From the sequence record DRR723986_591: a stretch of 42,543 nucleotides of DNA; one strand, written 5' to 3'. A program made the position numbers and the translations under genes. This document shows positions 28,238 through 38,924 of this stretch, piece by piece. The notes below the pieces were generated by a model, which ran no database searches, was not told where the DNA came from, and was given only the letters and a program-made list of their open reading frames with translations. Within the stretch, counting starts at the first letter, position 1, and each line of letters opens with the position of its first letter.

Positions 28238-28876
28238 ATGGACCAGGGAGCAAGCCGCCAACGAGTCGGTGTATTCGGCGGAACATTTGATCCGATTCAT
28301 TTAGGGCATTTGCTCATCGCGCAGTACGCCGCGGAAGCACTCCAGCTCGATCGCTTGCTCTTAGTTCCTGCTGCCCAGTCACCGCTGAAGCTGGACCACG
28401 AGTCGGCGGCTGCCAAACAACGGCTAGAGATGGTTCGTCTGGCCGTCTCGGGCAATCCGCTCTTTGAAGTCGATGATCGCGAAATCCGCCGCGGAGGCAC
28501 CAGCTACACAGTAGACACGCTGCGCGAACTGGCCGCTGAACAGACCGATGCGGATCTGTTCTTTATCATGGGGGCTGATTCGTTAGCCCAGCTAGACAGT
28601 TGGCGAGAACCAGAGGCGATTTGTCAGCTTTCAACCGTTGTTGTGCTTCATCGCGGCGGTTCGCCGCCGCCGGATATGGAGATGTTGAGGCGCTATCTGC
28701 CGGAGGATAAGAAGGGCAAAGCCGCCGAGCAACTTCTTTCGATGCCGCAAATCGAGCTCAGTAGTTCATCCATTCGCCAGCGGGTCAGGGATGGGAAATC
28801 GCTCCGCTACATGGTCCACCCGACGACAAGTGCTTACATCAGTGCTGCGGAACTGTATTCTGAGGCTGGTTCATAG
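28238..28876 (+). CDS. nadD: Nicotinate-nucleotide adenylyltransferase
   Basis: VFGGTFDPIHLGHL, SYTVDTL, FIMGADS and LSSSSIR. ATG 28238 preferred over the ORF start at 27965. Confidence 0.96.
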   Translation: MDQGASRQRVGVFGGTFDPIHLGHLLIAQYAAEALQLDRLLLVPAAQSPLKLDHESAAAKQRLEMVRLAVSGNPLFEVDDREIRRGGTSYTVDTLRELAAEQTDADLFFIMGADSLAQLDSWREPEAICQLSTVVVLHRGGSPPPDMEMLRRYLPEDKKGKAAEQLLSMPQIELSSSSIRQRVRDGKSLRYMVHPTTSAYISAAELYSEAGS

Positions 28877-29155
28877 CGATTCATCGCATGTGCCATTCAA
28901 CTGTTTCTCAGCCATTCCAGGGGGGGCGAAATGCCGCCGAATTGCTGAAAAACCTTGAATCTCAGCCATCTTTGGTTCATCATCGACTTAGTCGAAAATC
29001 CCACCTTGCTCCCACCTTTGGCCGATTCCTCGCGGCCTTGATCACTTGCCCTCAGCCCGGCGTGGTCACCCCGAAAGACGCCCAGACTTTCGACTTTCCT
29101 GGGTTTGTCGCAACTGACGAACCTTTCGTTTTTCCCACCCAACAAGAATTGGATT

Positions 29156-32100
29156 ATGAAACGATACTGCAAGTTTATTGCGTTGGCTCTGCTGTTTGCG
29201 TTCGCCCCGCCAGCGCTCGCCGAACAAACTCCACTAAAGTTGGTTACGACGCCGAGTGTTTCTCCTGATGGACAGCAAATCGCATTCAGTTGGATGGGTG
29301 AGATTTGGACGGCTAGCACTGGCGGCGGTGCGGCGGTTCGACTCACGAACAACGACGCCAGCGACTCGCAACCTCTGTTCTCGCCCGACGGCGAGCGAAT
29401 TGCTTTCGTAAGCAGTCGATCTGGTTCGAGGCAGATATTTGTTATGAACGCCGATGGTTCGGCCCCAGAGCAAGTAACCTTTCACTCCGAGGGCTACTCG
29501 TTAGAAGATTGGTTCCCCGACGGAAAGGCACTGCTGGCGACCGGAAATCGGGATCACTACCATCGCGATTCGACGCGTCTGTTGAAAGTGCACCTGGGTG
29601 ATCGGCGATCTGACGTCGTGCTTGCAGACGCCATGGCCGAAGATGCAAAGCTCTCGCCTGACGGTACAAAAGTTCTGTTCACCCGTGAGGGCGAACGATG
29701 GTGGAGAAAGGGTTACACCGGAGAGCGCTCTGCGCAAGTCTGGATGCTGGACTTGGCTAGCGGTGACTTCACTGAGTTGCTGCACGAGGGCGTCGAGTGC
29801 ATGTGGCCTAATTGGATGGCCAACGGTCAAGGTTTCTACTTCACCAAGGGCGAAAAGCACGGGTTCGATCTTTGGCAGTACCGTTTCCCAAAGAAGAAAG
29901 ACGGCAAGCCGAAGCAAAAGGAAGTCGCGGGTTTTGATTCCGACTCCATCGTCTATCCCGCGATTTCACGAAATGGGAAAACGCTTGTCTTTCGGCATTT
30001 GTTCGATCTCTACTCATTGTCGCCCGGCGAGAGAGCGGCTCCAAAGAAAATCGAGATCCACGTCGATGGTGATGTTGATCTGCCAAATGATGAGCAGCGG
30101 CGAGAGCTTAGTGATGCGTCGGAGGTGGCCTTCTCGGAAGATGGTTTGGATATCGCCTTCATCGCTGGTGGTGACGTTTGGGTGATGGACACCAAACTGC
30201 GCGAGCCGCGGCAAGTTACCAAGACGCCTGGATACGAAGAGTCGTTGGTGTTCTCACCCGATGGTGATGCCCTCTGGTTCACCTCCGTTGTCGACGGCAA
30301 AGTGGACATTTACAAGGCGACGCGCTCTGATGACCAGCTCTACTGGTGGCAAACGGAAGAGTTTGACATCGATGCCGTTACCGATGATATGCACGTCGAG
30401 TCAGGTCTAACGTTCACGCCCGACGGTAAGTCAGTCGTATTCCAGCAAGGCCGAGGTGACTTGGTCGTGATGAATCTGGAATCGAAGGAGAAGCGGATGC
30501 TCGTAGACGGCTTCAGCGGCCTGAGCTTTGACATCTCACCTGACAGTCGCTGGATCACGTATTCCAAGCAAGACGACAACTTCAACACGGAAATCTGGAT
30601 CACCGATCTTGCCGGAAAGCAGAAGCCGGTCAACGTTTCTCGGCACCCAGACAATGACTACTCGCCACGTTTCTCGCCGGACGGAAAAATCCTGGCGTTC
30701 ACTGGGCGGCGATTCGATACCGAGACCGACATCTACTACGTGTACCTGCAGAACGAAAACGACCAGGAAACTTCCAGGGATCGACGGGTTGAGCAGGCCC
30801 TGGAGCTGATGAAGAAAAAGCGTCCGCAGAAATCGTCGGAATCGAAGGCAGAAGGCTCGAAAGAGAAAAGCGACGCCAAAGAAAAGAGTGATTCCAAAGA
30901 CGAAAAGGCTTCGGATACACCGGACGATCTCGTCCAGATCGATTTCGATGGTATCCACGAACGCCTGCGTCGTATTTCTGTCCCAAACAGTTTCGAGACG
31001 GGCTTGCTGTTCTCACCAGACGGCAGCAAGCTGGCATTCTCAGCATCCATTGACGGACGACGCGGTTGGTACACCGTTACGTTTCCAACAGAGCTATCGC
31101 CCAAGTTCTTTACGTCGACAACAGGTTCAAATCCGGTCTGGAGCAAAAAGGCTGGCGCGATCCTAATGAATCGCAGCGGCACACCAACTCGAGTCGAAAC
31201 GTCAGGCAAGAGCGAATCGTATTCCTTCGAAGTTGCTCAGGTGCAATCACGCGGAAAGTGGCTGCGGGCCGGCTTCGAACAAGCCTGGTTGGTCATGCGT
31301 GAAGTCTGGTATGACGAGAACTTTGCAAATCGTAACTGGGACCAGATCCGTCGCAAGTATGGCGACATGGCTGAGAGCATGAACTCAACCGCCGGTTTGG
31401 CGCAGGTCGTCGAGCTGATGCTCGGTGAACTGAACGGCTCGCACCTCGGCTTCACTCCGTTTGGAGTGTCCTCGCGTAGCAGTGTCGAAGGCTGGCGGGA
31501 CACAACGGCGCACCTGGGCGTCCGTTTCGACGAGAGTTTCAAAGGGCCTGGGTTAAAGGTTCGAGACGTCATACCGGAAGGGCCCGCAGATCGGGTTTCC
31601 AGCAAGCTGCACGCGGGCGACGTGATCATGCAGATTGATTCCACGCCTGTCGACCCAGCAATGGATCTGACCACCGTCCTCAACGGCCGACTCGACCGCG
31701 ATATCGAACTATTGGTTTCCCGCAAGAATGACGAAGACAAGGCAGAGGATATAAACATTACGTTGCGTCCAATCAGCTTTGGTGCGGCTCGTGGGCTACT
31801 TTATTCCAAATGGCTGGACGACAATCGTAAGGCCGTCGATGAAGCCAGTGATGGAAGGCTTGGCTATCTTCACATCCGCGCAATGGATATGGGAAGTTTC
31901 TATCGTTTTGAACGAGAGCTCTACAACGTCGGCTATGGCCGCGACGGTATCGTGATTGATGTTCGCGACAACGGTGGCGGATCGACGACAGACCGCTTGC
32001 TAACGGCACTGACTCAACCACGGCACGCAATCACCGTTCCGCGTGGCGGTGGAAGAGGTTACCCGCAAGATCGATCCGTTTACGCTACTTGGCACAAACC

Positions 32101-32473
32101 GATCATTGTCCTGTGCAATCAAAACAGCTACAGCAATGCGGAGATCTTCTCGCACGCGATCAAGACGCTCGGCCGCGGGAAAGTTGTCGGCGTCCGCACT
32201 GCGGGTGGAGTTGTCAGTACTGGTTCAGCAACGGTGAACGATGTTGGGCGAATCAGAGTCCCGTTCCGCGGTTGGTTTGTCCTCGGAACTGGTGACGATA
32301 TGGAAATGAACGGATGTGCGCCTGATGTCGTCGTGTGGCCGCTACCTGGCGAAATGCCAAGCGGGGAAGATCGTCAGCTTCAAACAGCCGTCGATACGCT
32401 GCTTGAGGAAATCGGCGATGGTGAGGCTGAGATTGACTTGATTTACGCGACAGAGCGCGGCAAGGACGATTGA
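29156..32473 (+). CDS. Exported tricorn-like S41 protease (PD40 propellers, PDZ, S41 domain)
   Basis: Signal peptide MKRYCK...PPALA; many SPDG/PD40 repeats; MLGELNGSH; PDZ-like GPAD...LHAGDVI; GYLHIRAM, IDVRDNGGG, SYSNAEIF and GVRTAGGV. Confidence 0.92.
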   Translation: MKRYCKFIALALLFAFAPPALAEQTPLKLVTTPSVSPDGQQIAFSWMGEIWTASTGGGAAVRLTNNDASDSQPLFSPDGERIAFVSSRSGSRQIFVMNADGSAPEQVTFHSEGYSLEDWFPDGKALLATGNRDHYHRDSTRLLKVHLGDRRSDVVLADAMAEDAKLSPDGTKVLFTREGERWWRKGYTGERSAQVWMLDLASGDFTELLHEGVECMWPNWMANGQGFYFTKGEKHGFDLWQYRFPKKKDGKPKQKEVAGFDSDSIVYPAISRNGKTLVFRHLFDLYSLSPGERAAPKKIEIHVDGDVDLPNDEQRRELSDASEVAFSEDGLDIAFIAGGDVWVMDTKLREPRQVTKTPGYEESLVFSPDGDALWFTSVVDGKVDIYKATRSDDQLYWWQTEEFDIDAVTDDMHVESGLTFTPDGKSVVFQQGRGDLVVMNLESKEKRMLVDGFSGLSFDISPDSRWITYSKQDDNFNTEIWITDLAGKQKPVNVSRHPDNDYSPRFSPDGKILAFTGRRFDTETDIYYVYLQNENDQETSRDRRVEQALELMKKKRPQKSSESKAEGSKEKSDAKEKSDSKDEKASDTPDDLVQIDFDGIHERLRRISVPNSFETGLLFSPDGSKLAFSASIDGRRGWYTVTFPTELSPKFFTSTTGSNPVWSKKAGAILMNRSGTPTRVETSGKSESYSFEVAQVQSRGKWLRAGFEQAWLVMREVWYDENFANRNWDQIRRKYGDMAESMNSTAGLAQVVELMLGELNGSHLGFTPFGVSSRSSVEGWRDTTAHLGVRFDESFKGPGLKVRDVIPEGPADRVSSKLHAGDVIMQIDSTPVDPAMDLTTVLNGRLDRDIELLVSRKNDEDKAEDINITLRPISFGAARGLLYSKWLDDNRKAVDEASDGRLGYLHIRAMDMGSFYRFERELYNVGYGRDGIVIDVRDNGGGSTTDRLLTALTQPRHAITVPRGGGRGYPQDRSVYATWHKPIIVLCNQNSYSNAEIFSHAIKTLGRGKVVGVRTAGGVVSTGSATVNDVGRIRVPFRGWFVLGTGDDMEMNGCAPDVVVWPLPGEMPSGEDRQLQTAVDTLLEEIGDGEAEIDLIYATERGKDD

Positions 32474-32554
32474 TGCCAAGCTCAACAACCCGGCAGTATC
32501 CTCGGTAGAATGGTGGCTCGCAAAATCTGAGCCCTACTACTGAAGGATAGTATT

Positions 32555-33922
32555 ATGAACACCGCGAATCTTGTTGCTAAACCTCGAGTCGTGGTGTTCT
32601 TTTTTGCGCTCAGCGTGCTACCCACGTACGCAGCCGGGCAGAGTATTGCAGTTGAAAGAGCCGCTTCTACGGACAGGCAAGCAATGGCTGAAGATGCTAC
32701 GGAGCGTCTTCAGCAGTTGATTGACGATAGCTCAGGTGTAGTTGTGCTGCCCGAAGGCGTTTCTGAAATCAGCAAGCCACTGCGTTGGAACTTGTCAGAG
32801 ACCAAATGCCGCGAGATTCGTGGCAGCGCTGCGACCGAGTTGGTGATGAAGGGTGCTGGCCCCGCGATCCGAATTCGCGGAACGCATCAAAAGTCGGCGG
32901 CACCGGCCGGAGTGGATCAGCGAGTTTGGCGACAGGAGCGGATGCCAGTCATCGCTGGATTCGGCATTCGCGGTGCCCATGATCAATCGCATGGAATCGA
33001 AGCGGACGGCACGTTTCAGTTGACTCTGTCACGAATGCACATTCGCAAGACTCATCACGGAATGCATTTGATCGGCAACAACCGAAACCTCCTGGTAGAC
33101 GGCTGTCACATATATGAATTGGGAGGCGTTGGCGTCTTCTATGATAACGTCAACTTGCATCAGTCGAATATTGTCGGTTCGCATATCAGCTACTGCGACG
33201 GCGGCGGTGTTGTGGCTCGGAAAGGCAACGTCCGCAATATCCATATCTCTGGCTGTGACATTGAAGGCAATATGGCAGGCGGCGGCCCCGAGACGGCCAA
33301 CATTCTCATCGATTGCCGCGATAGTCAGTTCGGGACGGGGGAAGTGGCCATTACTGGCTGCACCATTCAGCATACCGATGATGGCCCCAGCTCGGCGAAC
33401 ATTCGCATTCTCGGCAAGACGCAATCTCGAGAAGGAACTCCGCAGAAGGAAGGGAATGTTACCATCGTCGGCAACGTGCTCAGCGATGTGCAGCACAACA
33501 TTCATCTTCAGAATTGCCGTGGGGCAACTATTTCAGCCAACACGTTTTGGATGGGGTTTGAAACGAACCTGCTCTTGCAGGGCTGTGAACACATCGTTCT
33601 AACTGGCAACAATATGGACCGTAATCCTCGGTACGCTTACGGCAATACGGCTGATGCGAAGAACTTGGTGCGCTTGGTCGACTGTGATGCCTGCACGATC
33701 ACAGGTCTGAACATTAGTGCCATCGACGACGGTCCGGCCCTGGATTTTGAAAGCTGTAGCCGGTTAAACGTCTCCGCCGTGACCGTTACCGATTCGAAGT
33801 GGGCGATTCGGATGGCCAAAGTAAAGAATAGTGTTTTCGCCAGCACGATACTTTCACCGGTGGAAGGCATAGCGCCGCGAGTCGACATGCAGGAGTGTGA
33901 AGACTGCCGCGTTGATTGGTAG
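32555..33922 (+). CDS. Exported right-handed parallel beta-helix protein
   Basis: Signal peptide, LQQLID...GVVVLPEG cap, and repeated I-x-G-C/N-x-I rungs (NIHISGCDIEGN, AITGCTI, TIVGNVL, TISANTF). Confidence 0.82.
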   Translation: MNTANLVAKPRVVVFFFALSVLPTYAAGQSIAVERAASTDRQAMAEDATERLQQLIDDSSGVVVLPEGVSEISKPLRWNLSETKCREIRGSAATELVMKGAGPAIRIRGTHQKSAAPAGVDQRVWRQERMPVIAGFGIRGAHDQSHGIEADGTFQLTLSRMHIRKTHHGMHLIGNNRNLLVDGCHIYELGGVGVFYDNVNLHQSNIVGSHISYCDGGGVVARKGNVRNIHISGCDIEGNMAGGGPETANILIDCRDSQFGTGEVAITGCTIQHTDDGPSSANIRILGKTQSREGTPQKEGNVTIVGNVLSDVQHNIHLQNCRGATISANTFWMGFETNLLLQGCEHIVLTGNNMDRNPRYAYGNTADAKNLVRLVDCDACTITGLNISAIDDGPALDFESCSRLNVSAVTVTDSKWAIRMAKVKNSVFASTILSPVEGIAPRVDMQECEDCRVDW

Positions 33923-33953
33923 CTGCGGCAAACCAGCAGAAGTGGAATGCCGT

Positions 33954-34505
33954 CTAGAGCAGTAGTGGCGTCGGGCCGTCGGCGAATTCCCCAGGCATCC
34001 CAAAATGCTCTTCGACCAAGTCGCCCAGTCGATCGCGAGACTTCTTGCTGAGTAGCTTTTGCATTTCACGCGACGCTTCACCGGAGACCATTAGCGGCAG
34101 AATATCAAGTGACATCAACGTGCCGCGGCAGCGTGCGGTGATTTGGTACTCGCGACAGTCTTCGACTGGAATCTTCAGGAGTGCACACCGGCCGATCCAC
34201 TCTGAAAGGTCAGCCTCATCCCACATCAGGGCCTCACGCATTCGATCGTCCAAGTCGACACGTTCTTCAACGTAAGCTTGGATGCGTTGCGTTGATTCTT
34301 TGGATAGTTCAGCCGAAATCTTTTCATGGCAATCATCGCACATCGCCATTTCAAAAATTGGCTCGGTGCACTTGAAGGCACGCTGAATCGAATAACTCGT
34401 ATCGGCCAAAGTTAAGTCGGCATCGCAGTCAATGCAGCGCGTAAAGGGGCCTTCGAAATAAAGCGAATGGAACTGAGGTGGAATGGGTATCCAGCGATTA
34501 AACAA
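33954..34505 (-). CDS. Cys-rich hypothetical protein, putatively metal-binding
   Basis: CIDC and CDDC pairs plus further Cys. It fills the gap between two genes. The TTG start is uncertain. Confidence 0.7.
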   Translation of the reverse strand: MFNRWIPIPPQFHSLYFEGPFTRCIDCDADLTLADTSYSIQRAFKCTEPIFEMAMCDDCHEKISAELSKESTQRIQAYVEERVDLDDRMREALMWDEADLSEWIGRCALLKIPVEDCREYQITARCRGTLMSLDILPLMVSGEASREMQKLLSKKSRDRLGDLVEEHFGMPGEFADGPTPLLL

Positions 34506-34722
34506 GAGGCTGTTCCTGGGAGTGGTGGGCTGGCAAACGGTTGGTTAGCAAAGGTGCGATTCGGTGGCGTGAGATCGAAAGTGTGAAGGTGACGCTACCG
34601 AAGGATTCGACGCAAAGTATAGCCGAGCACTTTGGGTGGCAAACGGTGGGCACACACGAGTAGCTCGCACAGGCGGGCGGAGCACGGCGGCTAAAGCTTC
34701 GATCTATGCCTGGCAATTAGCG

Positions 34723-36060
34723 TCAGGCAAGGATCTCCTTAATGGGCAGGCCTTCTGAGATCTTAATTGGCCGCCGGTCATCCGCCATGTTTTCTGTTTC
34801 TGGATCGACTCCAACAGCCTCACAAAGAGTCGCAAGGAAATCGGCCGCGTTGACGGGGCGGTCGGTGACTTCCATTCCGTCCTCGCTGGTTTTACCGACC
34901 ACCGAACCACCTTTTATGCCGGCTCCGCCAAGGACGCAGGACCAAGCAGTTGGGAAGTGATCGCGTCCACCATTTTCGTTGATGCGTGGTGTTCTGCCGA
35001 ATTCACCCATCCAGACAATTGTGGTCGATTCAAGCAGACCGGTATCACTCAAGTCTTGCATCAGTGCGCTCCATGATTTGTCGAGTCGTTCGCTGAGTGA
35101 CTGCACAACAGAGAAGTTTTCCGCGTGACTATCCCAGGAAAGCCCTCCAGGACCATCCGACAGAGAAACCTCCACGACTGGTACATCTCGCTCGAGCAAG
35201 CGACGCGCCATCAAGCAACCTTGGCCAAAGCCGTCGTTGCCAAACTTCTCCCGAGTTGCATCGCTTTCTTTGCTGAGATCGAAAGCGTCGACAAGTTCAC
35301 TTTCAGCCAATTGCATCGCACGTCGGTAAACCGTATCGTGCGTTGAAGGTGAACCAGGACGTTTTGAAGCTCCATAGTTGTTCTGCAGAATTTCCCAAAA
35401 CGCTTTCCGTTGTTTCAGCCGGTCTTTGTCCAGTCCCTCGGGTGGCAGAAGGTTGTCTACTCGCAGGTTTGCAGGGCCATCGTTCATCGCTGCTTGGCCA
35501 AGTTGCGTCGGGTCAAACGTTGCCGTACTGGCAACCGTCAGTGGTTCACGCGACGCTCCCAGGAAACCGGCACTAAACGCCGGCGGGTTGATAAACGAAT
35601 TTGGAAGGATACTAACATATCCCGGAATCACTGCGTCGGGAGCACTCAGCTCTTTACCTAGTGCAGCAGGAATCGCAGGGTATCCAACTGGTGCACCTGG
35701 GCGTTGGCCGGTGCGAATCAGGTAAGTGCCTCGGCTGTGGTCGCCTTCCTTGGTCTGCATGCTCCTGACGATGCTGAGGTGATCCATCCATTTTGCCACG
35801 CCGGGCAAATGTTCGCTGATCTTGATACCGGGAACGCTTGTCGCGATCTCCTTGAATTCCCCGCCATTCTCGTGATTCGGCTTGAGGTCGAAGGTGTCCA
35901 TCTGGGACGGGCCACCCGGCATCCACAACACGATCAGGCGGCGTTTGCTGTCAGCCTCTTTCATACGAGCGGCTAGACGGCTCGGCCATGCTCCCAACGC
36001 ACCACTGGCAGCCCCGAGAGAGAGCATCGTTTGTATGCATCTTCGTCGATTGGTTTTCAT
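34723..36060 (-). CDS. DUF1501 family protein, Tat-exported
   Basis: TNRRRC twin-Arg leader, LWMPGGPSQMDTFDLKP, FGQGCLMARRLLE, WDSH, WMGEFGRTPRIN..GGRDH and GGAGIKGG. Confidence 0.92.
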   Translation of the reverse strand: MKTNRRRCIQTMLSLGAASGALGAWPSRLAARMKEADSKRRLIVLWMPGGPSQMDTFDLKPNHENGGEFKEIATSVPGIKISEHLPGVAKWMDHLSIVRSMQTKEGDHSRGTYLIRTGQRPGAPVGYPAIPAALGKELSAPDAVIPGYVSILPNSFINPPAFSAGFLGASREPLTVASTATFDPTQLGQAAMNDGPANLRVDNLLPPEGLDKDRLKQRKAFWEILQNNYGASKRPGSPSTHDTVYRRAMQLAESELVDAFDLSKESDATREKFGNDGFGQGCLMARRLLERDVPVVEVSLSDGPGGLSWDSHAENFSVVQSLSERLDKSWSALMQDLSDTGLLESTTIVWMGEFGRTPRINENGGRDHFPTAWSCVLGGAGIKGGSVVGKTSEDGMEVTDRPVNAADFLATLCEAVGVDPETENMADDRRPIKISEGLPIKEILA

Positions 36061-36562
36061 CGCATCGCCTTTCACAGGTATCGAAGAATTGGCTGCTGAA
36101 CTGGATTCTGCAAAATGAGCACTTCGGCCGACTCGAAGTCCGGCCCCACTAATTGTATCCGCCTCTTGCCGCCATCTTCAATTGATATTGTTGGCTTTTC
36201 GGGCCAAGTCACCAATTGTTCCCGCTTAGCTTTGGTAACCTGCCGTGCACAACAAGGCTGAGTGTAAGACTGTGCCCAGTAACTTATCCCGCCTCGTTTG
36301 AGCCACTTAGCCGTAGAATCGGCCGACTTCCCGCGTTTTACGTTGCGTTGGCAGATTCAGTTAGGTGCGAAAACTTTGTTAGATTCTTCAAAAACCTATT
36401 TCTCGCGAAGCATCAATGGAAAAAGGGCTTTAAGCTTTTGGCCAGTTTGCAAGAACTCCTATCGCGATCAAGGTGTTCCTGCGGTATCACCTGCGGCTAC
36501 AAACCGAGCCGTATCTTGTAGGCAATCAGTTTAAATTGGTTTACCACCAGGACAGCGAGTGC

Positions 36563-37939
36563 ATGACAGACTCCAACGAGAATCCAAAAACCGCTTCCGA
36601 TTCCGGCATTGCCGCGGACAACACTCAACCCCCGGCGGCTGCGCAAGTAGGGCTTTTGGCCGACAAAGCGTTCTGGGGAATGACGATCACTCAGTTCTTG
36701 GGAGCCTTCAACGATAACCTCTACAAGCAACTGATGCTCTTGCTGGCGGTGCCTGCTGCCGTTGCCGTGGCTGCAGGAGCTGAAGCTGGTGGAGCGGAGG
36801 GCGGGAGTGACGTTCAGGGCTGGGCGACGCTCGTTTTCTCTCTGCCATTTGTTCTGCTCAGTGGCATCGCGGGCTATTTGTCAGACAAGTACAGCAAGCA
36901 ACCGATCATAGTCCTTTGCAAGGTGGCGGAAATCGTCATCATGCTGCTGGGCTTAGCCGCCTTCTACTTCTTCGATACCTTCGGCACCGCCGGTACCTGG
37001 TTGGTGCTTTTCTTGATGGGCACGCAGAGTTCATTTTTTGGGCCGAGCAAATACGGAATCTTGCCCGAGTTGTTCCGGCCGCAAGATCTACCCAGAGCAA
37101 ATGCCATCATCTTGATGACCACGTTCCTGGCAATCATTTTCGGCACTGTTCTCGCCGGTGGTTTGAAAGACGCATTGACCGGTGAAGATGGCGATATGAG
37201 CCAGCTCTGGATCGGTTTGTTGTTATGCTCAGGGATTGCAATTGCCGGCACCGTCACCAGCCTCCTAATCCGCTGGGTGCCACGAGCGAAACCCGAGCTA
37301 CAGTTAAAGCCCGATTCATGGGCGGTCAGCCAAGACGTCTGGCAGGTCCTCAAGTCCGACTCGGTGCTGCTGAAAGCTTTGCTTGTCTCAAGTGTTTTTT
37401 GGCTCGTATCTGGAATTGCTGTCCCAGTTGTAAACCGTCTCGGTTTGGAATTGCTCGGCGTCGACGCAACAAAGACGAGCATCCTGACGGCGTCGATAGG
37501 CTTTGGCATTATGGGTGGTGCACTTGTTGCCAGCTACTTTTGCCGCATTGGTAAAGGGGACCAGGCTGTTACCGTCGGGTTGTTTGGGATTTTCGGCGTG
37601 TTGGTTGTTTTAGGCATCTGGTTTCCTGGTGATTCACCGACGCATGTGCTTGGTTTTGGCGGTAGTGTCGTTGCCCTGATTCTTCTTGGTGTGTTTGCGG
37701 CGATCTTCGCAATTCCAATTCAAGTGTTTTTGCAGACACGACCTCCTGAGAGCGTTAAGGGTCGCATGATTGCGACAATGAACCAGGCGAACTTTGTTGG
37801 GATCTTGATTTCCGGCCCGCTTTATCAAGTTTTTGAGGCAATTTCTTCCGCCGCACGTTGGCCTATTTGCAGCGTTTTTGTCATGATGAGTCTGCTCGTT
37901 CTGCCTCTGGCCATCTTTTATCGTTTGAAATCGAAGTAG
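36563..37939 (+). CDS. MFS transporter, LplT/Aas-MFS-like
   Basis: TQFLGAFNDNLYK, LPFVLLSGIAGYLSDKYSK, KVAEIVIM, SSFFGPSKYGILPE and GRMIATMN. ATG 36563 preferred. Confidence 0.85.
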   Translation: MTDSNENPKTASDSGIAADNTQPPAAAQVGLLADKAFWGMTITQFLGAFNDNLYKQLMLLLAVPAAVAVAAGAEAGGAEGGSDVQGWATLVFSLPFVLLSGIAGYLSDKYSKQPIIVLCKVAEIVIMLLGLAAFYFFDTFGTAGTWLVLFLMGTQSSFFGPSKYGILPELFRPQDLPRANAIILMTTFLAIIFGTVLAGGLKDALTGEDGDMSQLWIGLLLCSGIAIAGTVTSLLIRWVPRAKPELQLKPDSWAVSQDVWQVLKSDSVLLKALLVSSVFWLVSGIAVPVVNRLGLELLGVDATKTSILTASIGFGIMGGALVASYFCRIGKGDQAVTVGLFGIFGVLVVLGIWFPGDSPTHVLGFGGSVVALILLGVFAAIFAIPIQVFLQTRPPESVKGRMIATMNQANFVGILISGPLYQVFEAISSAARWPICSVFVMMSLLVLPLAIFYRLKSK

Positions 37940-38118
37940 GCAGACACACCCCTGATTGCACACTTCGAGGCTATAGCGTGAACGGAGACAGGCCAATCAG
38001 CGCGCTGGCTGTGTGAGAGTCGACAGGACAGGAAGTGTTCCGGAGCTTTTTGAATGCTGTCCGGTGTATAAATCCTTGGTGTCGGCCGAACAAACGATCT
38101 TCGCAGAAAGCGAATAGA

Positions 38119-38924
38119 ATGCTTCGATGTCTTCTTCTATTCTCGGCAGCACTTTGTGTTGTCGGCCAGGCGTCCGCGCAGATGACGGTACAGGAGTGTG
38201 TAAGGTCTATCAAACAAGAGCGGCAACGCGCCAAAACGTATATAGCCAAAGTAACTGCCATTACCTATGGAGCGGATAGAGGCACTATAAATAGGGAACT
38301 GCGTAGGTTCGCGGTGAAGCAGCAGTACGAATGCGCGTACGATCAGTCGTTGGATGCTCTACTGATAATCCTTGCAATTTCGCATCGAACTTAGCTGTCG
38401 AGCGCAGTGGATTGTTGCTGAAGCGAGGTGACCTAGTGGCCGTCGCCGACCAAGGCGTTCTAACCACTGATGTGCGGAAAGACGAATCTTTCCTGCTCGG
38501 GCCTGACGGGGATTTCTTGAATCCCATGCTTGTTGGGATCTCAAGCTATTTTGAGCTCCACAATTTTGTCGAGACTGAAGATCACTATAAGTTCTGGAGT
38601 GTTCCGAGCGCCAGGTTTTGGAAGCACAGATACATCGGTGATCAGCTAGTGTTTAACCGAGGCCGTGAGAAAGTAGTCTTTGACAAACGGTTCGGATTCG
38701 GCATTACTGAGTATAGAACAGAAGGAAAAGATATCGCCTACACTTGTTCGTACAAGAAAGTCCAGGGGCTTTGGCTACCGGACTCGGCACGAATAGAGAG
38801 CGGTAGTAGGCGACACACGGCAGTTGACATCGAATGGGTCGCCGTCAATCGACCAATTGACGAACGTTTGTTCGATCCCCTTTGGATTGCTCGCCAGGCT
38901 GGTTTGGAATGGGAGGCAGAATAG
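38119..38924 (+). pseudogene. Frameshifted paralog of 39685-40488 (exported, LolA-like fold); 1-nt deletion near 38371
   Basis: The N-terminal half (MLRCLL...MTVQECV...YIAKVTAITYG...YECAYD..LLI) is in one frame. The C-terminal half (GLLLKRGD..VADQG...VNRPIDERLFDP.WIARQ.GLEWEA) is in another. Both align collinearly with the intact paralog. Confidence 0.8.

Noticed and set aside
29156-31260. TolB of a Tol-Pal system (PD40 repeats)
   Set aside because: The repeats belong to a tricorn-type S41 protease with PDZ and catalytic domains, about 9 kb from the exbBD cluster.
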